Assembly (NCBI GenBank): GCA_964523105.1
Contig: CAZFZN010000012.1
Location: forward strand, 103,547 to 167,546
From: an uncultured Akkermansia sp.
Lineage (GTDB): Bacteria > Verrucomicrobiota > Verrucomicrobiia > Verrucomicrobiales > V1-33
DNA length: 64,000 nucleotides
Reading direction: 5' to 3'
A program made the translations under genes and the position numbers. Positions 58,201 to 64,000 of the stretch are shown here, in pieces. The notes under the pieces are model-generated. The model was given only the letters and a program-made list of their open reading frames with translations. It ran no database searches and was not told the DNA's origin. How positions within the stretch are numbered: the stretch's first letter is position 1; each line of letters opens with the position of its first letter.

Positions 58201-61076
58201 GCGACCACAACTCGGTGCCCGAAGCCCGCGTCAGTTGGCTGGCGAGCTATCCGGATGCCCTCGGGCGCACCGTGGCCACGGCCAATTACGGCACCAGAGG
58301 CAACACCGACGATATATGGGAACGCCCGGCCACCGTCCCCGCCGGCACCGACGACATCCTGGTGAGCCTCACCGCGTTCAACCCTGCCGGCGAGCCGTAT
58401 CTCACCACCGATCCCATGCTGGCGCAGACCACCCGCACCTGGGACGCCGCGGGCCGGCTCATCGAGGAAATCCAGGGCCGCGTCCCCGGGCGCGACATGC
58501 CGGCCATGGACCGCATCACCCGCTACACCTACAACTCCGACGGCAACCTCACCGTCCTCACCGCGCTCAACAACAACGGCGAGGAACAGAAAACTCAGTG
58601 GGTCTATGGCGTCACCGTCGCCGGCGGCTCCGCACTGTGCAGCAACCTGCTCGTCTCGCAGAAAATCTATCCCGACAGCCAGGGCGGCACCGACCTCGTC
58701 ACCTACACCTGCAACCGCGCCGGGCAGGTCACCACCATGACCGATCAGGCCGGACTGGTCCACAGCTACACCTACGACCAGCTCGGCCGCCAGACCGCGG
58801 ATGAAGTCACCCACTGGGGCAGTTCCGCCGCGGACCGCACCATTACAAAACTCACCACCCTCTACAATACCCGCGGCCTCGTCGTCGTTGCCAACAGTTA
58901 TGATGAGGAAGACACCGCCCGCAGCACCGTCCAATTTTTCTACAATGACTGGCGGCAACTGGCCACGGAATCCCAGGGCCACACCGGGGCCTCCGCCCGC
59001 AATATCCTCTACGGCTACGCCTCCGGCACCGCGAATACTATCCGGCGCACCAGCATGACCTACGTTTCGGGCCAGCCGAGCCCGCCCGTCCTCAACTACC
59101 TCTACGGCAGCGGCGGCACCGACCACGGCGACGCCCTCAGCCGCCCCAGCTTCCTCCAGGACGGGTCCACCAGCATTGTCGGCTACACCTGGCTCGGGCT
59201 GAGCACGGCGGTGGATGTGAATTACATCACCCCGGCCACCCGCATGTCCCTCGGCAACGCCGGCAATCACTATTCCGGCCTCGACCGCTTTGGCCGGCCC
59301 ATTGACATCCAGTGGATCAAGAGCAGCACCGCCCTCGTCCACGCACGCTACGGCTACGACCGCAGCAGCAATCGCCAGTGGCGGCGGGATGAAGCCGCTC
59401 ACGACAGCTCACCCGCGGTCACCACCGAAGACCAGTGGTACGAATACGATGGCCTCTACCAGGTCCGCGGCTTCCAGCGCGGTGATCTGGTGGGCACCGT
59501 CACCGACCACTACTCCGGCATCACCCCCGTGGACCAGAACCAGTCATGGAACTACGACGCCATGGGCAACTGGCGCGGCTTCACCAGCGATGCCCTCAGC
59601 CAGACCCGCCAGTTCAACAAGGTCAACGAAATCACCGGCCTCACCGGTCCATCAGGAGTCATCACTCCGCAGTATGACCCAACGGGAAACATGACCGTCA
59701 TGCCCTCCCTGGGGCACCCCGATTTGGAGCCTCCGGTGCCGGAGTGGACCGAAGCCGAGTCCCTCACATGGGACGCCTGGAACCGGCTCGTCAAAGTCAC
59801 CCGCGGCGGCGAGACCGTCGCCGAATACACCTACGACGCCCTCTTCCGCCGCATTACCAAAACCGTCGGCGAACTCACCCGCCGCTTCTACTACAACGAC
59901 CAGTGGCAAATCATCGAAGAGTACCTCAACTCCTCCTCCTCGCCCCAGGTCCGCTACTGGTACGGCATCCGCGATATCAATGACATCGCCCGCCGCCAGT
60001 TCTTCGCCACGCCCACCTCCACCGACCTCTACGCCCTGCGCGAAACCATGAACGTCGCCGCCCTGGTCAACGACGAGGGCACGCTCCAGCAGCGCATGGC
60101 CTACGACGCCTTCGGCACAGCCCGCTTCATGGAACCCGACTGGGATCCCGCCACCAACACCGCCGCCTGGCCGCTGCTCTTCCACGGCCACTACCAGGAC
60201 ACGGAAACAGGGCTCTACCAGATGCGCTTCAGATATTACCACCCGAAGCTGGGTGTGTGGCTCAGCAGGGATCCGATGGAGGAAACTGGGGGGCTAAACC
60301 TACAGACGTTCACAGCAAATGCGCCCGTCAATTATTTGGATCCTGACGGAAGATTCGTTCCTTTCCTAATTCGCCTCGCCGTCGGTCATTATAAATTTTT
60401 GGGAGGAATGATAGCCGGCGGCGTGGTAGCATCTAAGACGCAGGCTGATATCGATACATCCAGTGCATCAACAGGTGAACCAGAGGAATGCACGACTAAT
60501 CTGAGGTACGACGTAGACGTACCAAGCCTGACTCAATGGATAATCCTTCAATACCAAGTCGGATGCAAGGGGGGGGTCAAGATTACCAAAGCTACGGAGA
60601 CAGGTTTTTGGAATGGCTTCTGGCTCATAACTGCTTGGAGCCACTCTAGCATAGAAGTAAAGAAGCGCGAGTGGTTGAATACGTGCTGCGAAGATTGTAA
60701 TGGTGATTGGGGTATGAAGCAGCGAGTTACGCTAACTGTAAAGTGGGACATCTACAACTCGACACTAGGGATCAAGCACCACATCGGTTATCAAAGTGGA
60801 AGCGCTGACACGACCGTAGACATATGCTGCCCAAATGAAAATGCGAAGTATTGGTGTCCGAAAATGCAAAAGTTTTTTAGATTCGATTGGCTATTGAAGG
60901 ATAGCAAGAATCACAGCGGTATATCCTCTTTGGATTACTCTTCGCCGCCTTCGTCGGGCAGAGCTTTTTGGGGAGTAAACTCTTCGGTTATGACCACTCG
61001 AGGACTTGGTTCTATGAACTCGAAGTCCTCAAATTCGAATAATCCCTGCGATCGCTCATGTAATTGCTCAAATTAG
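55281..61076 (+). CDS. Rhs/YD-repeat polymorphic toxin-like protein, 1931 aa
   Basis: Many YD repeats (YTYDQLGR, YGYDRSSNR, YDAMGNW); core PLLFHGHYQDTETGLYQMRFRYYHPKLGVWLSRDP..PVNYLDPDG; variable C-terminus from 60351. Confidence 0.95.
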   Translation: MPSSSSSGPFYGTTPICLCCCDCYDGMGGVDKGLTDNPVRAFDGIPVVSVEGISGRGLNIPFGLEMAWGPAGGSGTVGAGWVLHDLARLQTAAYPGEITYVAGPNQIEVFVATETLDVWKGAYYVRSTLVFDSMTDLYTMTMPDGSQRVFDDEGYLTIIRSAGGVELGVAGGATVSDVTGTDFRYGFDWADGRISTVTQYVTRDTVESAVRRTKFTYWSGSPAKLQSVTNEDPPLPGDTEWQRCEKTFFTYHGDDLLKHVLRDASLRRMVSAGISMETPEEIAAITEEQYDTYADEKFTWDGTKVQTEATHGGQYLWEFAYGTSGYTDSDPNVWSNNTVVTRPDGSVETLFFNQAGSVLLRQVDKDGQKWWPVCQRFDDRMRVIEVISAAAISEVDPDPLDPEGLITFNADVGLIRGFSYDDDAGQVFEEWVQKGSEGDQVLLREKGYEPPRTVGSFPPIYMVTSEKVYLNATDFAETTFAYAWYTDQFQMLSRTTTLPEVPVDQNGTGDDEVTIVETFDAQGFPDVRTDQAGVVTDYDYDPVTGGMTQKIEDDGGLDLTTDYELDDEGRTILEKGPVHEIDLAGTPTTIRRAVWTYYRDPEQERITFPGYIIIGESDAELSSHCVGPVTIERGFVAPDLPDGTSFTDTIAAKWELERLPLPEEVYPQETWTRWQRRHYSQGGELIAERVYHVIPASGEGVKDTNYAETAYARDSAGRVDRVTTPGGTIQQTIFNTMGWVTSRLVGTAPGNMVTTVENEYDDNDDEGDGLLTKSTRPVDGSPGGDRVTTFTYDWRQRPETVSTVVDVSSGEATLITENTYDNRSLVTEVREYRTATGVIGNLLGQTFNFFDPLGRLYRTFRYKVDNAISSSPTDYLEDNTWYDPVGRVSVQWPAGSQAFQALTYDAVGRVTHAYTAYEPGWTSSSSSSGYGNAPNVDESIVMEQRDMEYDDAGNVTSTVLRQRYDDATETGPLGDHNSVPEARVSWLASYPDALGRTVATANYGTRGNTDDIWERPATVPAGTDDILVSLTAFNPAGEPYLTTDPMLAQTTRTWDAAGRLIEEIQGRVPGRDMPAMDRITRYTYNSDGNLTVLTALNNNGEEQKTQWVYGVTVAGGSALCSNLLVSQKIYPDSQGGTDLVTYTCNRAGQVTTMTDQAGLVHSYTYDQLGRQTADEVTHWGSSAADRTITKLTTLYNTRGLVVVANSYDEEDTARSTVQFFYNDWRQLATESQGHTGASARNILYGYASGTANTIRRTSMTYVSGQPSPPVLNYLYGSGGTDHGDALSRPSFLQDGSTSIVGYTWLGLSTAVDVNYITPATRMSLGNAGNHYSGLDRFGRPIDIQWIKSSTALVHARYGYDRSSNRQWRRDEAAHDSSPAVTTEDQWYEYDGLYQVRGFQRGDLVGTVTDHYSGITPVDQNQSWNYDAMGNWRGFTSDALSQTRQFNKVNEITGLTGPSGVITPQYDPTGNMTVMPSLGHPDLEPPVPEWTEAESLTWDAWNRLVKVTRGGETVAEYTYDALFRRITKTVGELTRRFYYNDQWQIIEEYLNSSSSPQVRYWYGIRDINDIARRQFFATPTSTDLYALRETMNVAALVNDEGTLQQRMAYDAFGTARFMEPDWDPATNTAAWPLLFHGHYQDTETGLYQMRFRYYHPKLGVWLSRDPMEETGGLNLQTFTANAPVNYLDPDGRFVPFLIRLAVGHYKFLGGMIAGGVVASKTQADIDTSSASTGEPEECTTNLRYDVDVPSLTQWIILQYQVGCKGGVKITKATETGFWNGFWLITAWSHSSIEVKKREWLNTCCEDCNGDWGMKQRVTLTVKWDIYNSTLGIKHHIGYQSGSADTTVDICCPNENAKYWCPKMQKFFRFDWLLKDSKNHSGISSLDYSSPPSSGRAFWGVNSSVMTTRGLGSMNSKSSNSNNPCDRSCNCSN

Positions 61077-61126
61077 CCGAATTTTATATGCATTTACGCG
61101 ATAGCAAACAATTGGGATAACGACTC

Positions 61127-61699
61127 ATGACTGCGGGTTCTTCATTTTGGGATCAATCGGGGACAGCCAAGCGCATACTGTGCGTGAGCGCAATCCCATT
61201 AATATTTTTTACAAACTTTGAACTAACTTACAGCGACATACATGGTGACGCGGTCTCCGCTGAGTATTCTGGCCTCCGCCTCAGCGGCGTATCAAGTGCG
61301 ATAAGTTCCTTATGGGTTCTGTATTTCGGGTTGGGGCTAATCCGGACTATAGTTGCCGGCAATATTTTAAAGGCAGCGGGGAAGGGGTTCAGCCCGAACG
61401 ATTGGGCTGTTTGGTGCAGTTATTTCCCATCCTTTCGGCTTTATTTATATACTGCTCCGTTATTTCTCGGGTTTCGCTGTTCATGGTTCAGCGAGGCTGC
61501 CAATCGGTACAGCACACTGTCCTTTGGAACGACTTCATCCGTCGCACCAGTGATCTTATCACTAGCGGCAGCTACTCTGTTGAACCTTTATATAGCATCA
61601 GCTCAAATGATCGGACGACACTTGAAGTTAGCTCGAATTAATATCTGTGAGAACTCTTCGGATATGGACGTGGAGCAACCGCATGAGGATCGGAAATGA
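61127..61699 (+). CDS. Putative immunity protein, multi-pass membrane
   Basis: Starts 50 bp after the Rhs stop, low GC like the Rhs C-terminus, about four hydrophobic segments. Confidence 0.6.
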   Translation: MTAGSSFWDQSGTAKRILCVSAIPLIFFTNFELTYSDIHGDAVSAEYSGLRLSGVSSAISSLWVLYFGLGLIRTIVAGNILKAAGKGFSPNDWAVWCSYFPSFRLYLYTAPLFLGFRCSWFSEAANRYSTLSFGTTSSVAPVILSLAAATLLNLYIASAQMIGRHLKLARINICENSSDMDVEQPHEDRK

Positions 61700-61769
61700 G
61701 GGCAAGGGGACGGCATGTAATTCTCAATTCAGGGCGGCGGTGGGCTAACGCTGACAAACTAAACAGGCC

Positions 61770-61873
61770 ATGTCCCATCCTACAACACTCATCGCAAAAC
61801 TACCAGGCCCCCGGCGACATCCTGATGCTGACGGCGGCGGTGCGGGACTTGCACCGGACGCGTCCGGGGGAAG
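61770..61873 (+). pseudogene. Frameshifted 5' fragment of a homolog of the downstream GT9-like gene
   Basis: Encodes QNYQAPGDILMLTAAVRDLHR, matching the start of the 62013 gene; 2-bp deletion after ACTCATC and synonymous differences. Confidence 0.85.
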
Positions 61874-62012
61874 GAATTGGGGAATTGGGGTCAGGGAATT
61901 GGGGAATTGGAGGGGAATTGGGGTCAGTGTGCATAAATTGACAAACCAAACCGAAATTGCGGAGGGGAATTGGGGTCAGTGTGCATAAATTGACAAACCA
62001 AACCGAAATTGC
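61873..62012. repeat. GGAATTGG short repeats plus a perfect 52-bp tandem duplication
   Basis: GGAATTGG units at 61873-61910; identical copies 61909-61960 and 61961-62012. Confidence 0.9.
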
Positions 62013-62969
62013 GTGCCTCAACCCGCCAAACTCATCCTGCAAAACAGCCAGGCCCCCGGCGACATTCTGATGCTGACCGCGGCGGTGCGGGATTTGCACC
62101 GGTGCCATCCGGGGAAGGTCCTCACGGACGTGCGCACGCCATTCCCTGACCTGTGGCGGCACAATCCCTACATTACTCCCCTCAGCGACGAAGACGCCGC
62201 GGCGGAGCGGCTGCACTGCCATTACCCGCTGATTCACCGCAGCAACAAGGAGCCGGTGCATTTCCTGCACGGATTCAGCGCCTACCTCGGCGAGCGGCTG
62301 GGTCTGCGCCTCGCACCCACAGCCTTCAAGGGCGACATCCACCTCACCAAAGAGGAAAAAGCCGAGGAGCCGCTGGTGCATCGCCTGACGGGAGACACCA
62401 GCCCCTACTGGATCATCGTCGCGGGCGGGAAATTCGACTTCACCATCAAGTGGTGGCCCACGGAGCGGTATCAGGCGGTGGTGGATCACTTCAAGGGCCG
62501 CATCCGTTTTGTGCAGGACGGCCTCTTGGAGCACCACCATCCGCCGCTGCGCGACGTGATTGATCTGCGCGGCCAGGTGCCGCTGCGGGAGCTGGTGAAA
62601 ATGATGCACCACGCCGCCGGGGTCATCTGCCCCGTGACCATGCACATGCACCTCTGCGCCGCCGTGGAAACCCCCAAAGGCCGCCCGCCGCTGCGCCCCT
62701 GCGTGGTCGTGGCCGGCGGTCGCGAGCCGCCGCACTGGGAAGCCTATCCCGGCCACCGCTTCCTGCATACCATCGGCCAACTGCGCTGCTGCCAGCACGG
62801 CGGCTGCTGGCGCTCCCGCGTGAAGCCACTGGGCGACGGCAGTCGCAAAGACCAGCCCGGCGACCTCTGCGTGGATGTGGTCAATGACCTGCCCCACTGC
62901 ATGGACCTCGTGACGCCGGAGGATGTGATCCGGGAGGTGGAAAAGTTTCTCCCGCTGTGGAAGCTGTGA
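62013..62969 (+). CDS. GT9-like (heptosyltransferase fold) glycosyltransferase, Cys-rich
   Basis: APGDILMLTAAVRDL, IKWWPTERYQ.V, DLRG..LREL, ICPVTMHMHLCAA, VVVAGGRE; CCQHGGCW..C..C tail. Confidence 0.8.
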   Translation: MPQPAKLILQNSQAPGDILMLTAAVRDLHRCHPGKVLTDVRTPFPDLWRHNPYITPLSDEDAAAERLHCHYPLIHRSNKEPVHFLHGFSAYLGERLGLRLAPTAFKGDIHLTKEEKAEEPLVHRLTGDTSPYWIIVAGGKFDFTIKWWPTERYQAVVDHFKGRIRFVQDGLLEHHHPPLRDVIDLRGQVPLRELVKMMHHAAGVICPVTMHMHLCAAVETPKGRPPLRPCVVVAGGREPPHWEAYPGHRFLHTIGQLRCCQHGGCWRSRVKPLGDGSRKDQPGDLCVDVVNDLPHCMDLVTPEDVIREVEKFLPLWKL

Positions 62970-63006
62970 ACAGGTTCTGCAAACGACAAGAGTAACATTT
63001 GGCGAT

Positions 63007-64000
63007 ATGCGCAGTTTTGTCATCGGTTTGGAACGCGCCCCTCGGAGACGTGCGCAGTTTTTTGCCAACGCGGCCCGCTGTGGATGGGAGGCAGAGATAT
63101 TTCCTGCGATTGACTGGCGCGACCTGCGGATATGCCCGATAGAGAGCGGAGCCCTGGTCAGTCATCTGCGCCGGCCGGAGGTCAATATTACCGGGATGCC
63201 TCTACCCGGAGAAGCGCTTACCCTGAAGGCGGGGCATTACGCCTGCGCCCTCTCTCACATGGCGCTGTGGCGGAAAATGCTCGCCGAGGGTGATGAGTTG
63301 ATCTGCATTTTTGAAGATGATGCAGTGATTCGCCGCCCGTGGGCGGCAGAGGAGATTCCTGTTGATGCGGACTTTGTTTTCCTGTGTGACGGCGTTCATT
63401 CACTGCGACCGCAAGGTATCAGACTGCACAGCACACAATACAGGCAATGGCGGGCGCGCACCCCTTTTGCTCCGCTGGTGCCGGGCTGTGGCACGGTGGC
63501 CTATCTTATCACCCGCGGCGGAGCAGAAAGGGGCCTCCGGCTCATGCAGCCCATGTTCCTCCCCATTGATCTTCAAATTATGGCCTGCGGCCACGGGACA
63601 GCTGCTGCGGGTCATCCGATGGCCCGGAAACGCTTGCCCGGCCTGCCAGAATGTAAGATCTACGCAGCCACGAAACCTTATACCGTCCACAAGGATGGCG
63701 GAATGAGTTATGTGATGGAAGGTGCGTCTCCCGCAACGGCGCAAGCCGGTGGCGCTTCCGAATTGGATAACCAGCCACCAGGTACCGACGCAAATCGAGG
63801 GGCGGCACCGATCTCTTCGGTAACCGGGAAACTGCACGCCCCGTGGAACAAAGGCCCAACCGCGCACGCCGGAAGGGTTGTTGTTGGACTTGGAACCGGC
63901 CGTTGCGGCACACAAAGCTTTGCAATGCTCATGGCCCGACAACCAGGAGTGAACTGCTCAAACCATGAACGGATCCACCTCCCCTGGCTGGGCTCTCATG
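63007..64000 (+). CDS. GT25-family glycosyltransferase fused to a sulfotransferase-like domain; 3' partial, absent from the ORF track
   Basis: Hand translation, open to the window end: FVIGLERAPRRR, ACALSHMALW, IFEDDA, AYLITRGGA, PID, linker, then VVGLGTGRCGTQSF and NHE. Confidence 0.82.
   Translation, partial: MRSFVIGLERAPRRRAQFFANAARCGWEAEIFPAIDWRDLRICPIESGALVSHLRRPEVNITGMPLPGEALTLKAGHYACALSHMALWRKMLAEGDELICIFEDDAVIRRPWAAEEIPVDADFVFLCDGVHSLRPQGIRLHSTQYRQWRARTPFAPLVPGCGTVAYLITRGGAERGLRLMQPMFLPIDLQIMACGHGTAAAGHPMARKRLPGLPECKIYAATKPYTVHKDGGMSYVMEGASPATAQAGGASELDNQPPGTDANRGAAPISSVTGKLHAPWNKGPTAHAGRVVVGLGTGRCGTQSFAMLMARQPGVNCSNHERIHLPWLGSH

Larger units (their letters stand above)
52789..64000. 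mobile_element. Probable integrative element/genomic island, right end outside the window
   Basis: Integrase at the left edge, followed by Rhs toxin-immunity, repeat scar and glycosyltransferases with patchy low-GC segments; att sites not identified. Confidence 0.65.

Noticed and set aside
56226-59402. 1058-aa minus-strand ORF
   Set aside because: Antisense shadow of the high-GC Rhs gene; no motifs.
60836-61076. Possible separate small gene overlapping the Rhs tail via frameshift
   Set aside because: Alternative frames hit stops within about 20-35 codons and the Rhs frame stays open; no support without homologs.
61920-61960. GGGG-headed sequence as a Tn3-family inverted repeat
   Set aside because: No inverted partner in the window, no TAAG-type end, no transposase.
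61938-61995. TTGACA hexamers in the tandem repeat as sigma70 -35 elements
   Set aside because: No -10-like hexamer 16-18 bp downstream of either copy.
61909-62012. 52-bp repeat as a CRISPR array
   Set aside because: Only two directly adjacent copies, no spacers, no cas genes.
63202-63942. Short ORFs listed in the track at the right edge
   Set aside because: All are shadows of the open GT25 fusion frame starting at 63007.
1-64000. tRNA, rRNA or tmRNA genes, including a tRNA integration target
   Set aside because: No cloverleaf or rRNA-like sequence was recognised in intergenic regions by eye; tRNAscan-SE/Infernal were not run.

Overview
High-GC bacterial chromosomal DNA, most consistent with a Verrucomicrobiota genome (inferred from protein families, C-terminal sorting-like domains and scarcity of Shine-Dalgarno motifs). 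About 1-52.7 kb is housekeeping and accessory DNA: cysE, two sulfatases, clpX, priA, rsfS, ygfZ-like, cyclophilin, LemA fusion, parC, a feoA pair, a decayed GH43 gene, a tandem pseudokinase and several large secreted modular proteins. A lower-GC type IV filament operon at 30.1-38.4 kb has a PilT-like ATPase, PilM/N/O/P-like genes, three minor pilins and PilC, but no PilB, secretin or major pilin in the window. From about 52.8 kb to the right edge lies a probable integrative element: a large serine recombinase, a small divergent ORF, a 1931-aa Rhs protein with an unrecognised Cys-rich C-terminus, a membrane immunity candidate, a repeat-rich scar, a GT9-like glycosyltransferase and a GT25/sulfotransferase-like fusion that is missing from the supplied ORF track. 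The Rhs-plus-glycosylation island and the PilT-only pilus operon are the best candidates for undescribed systems. No rRNA, tRNA or CRISPR array was recognised. All family calls come from motif reading, not database searches.
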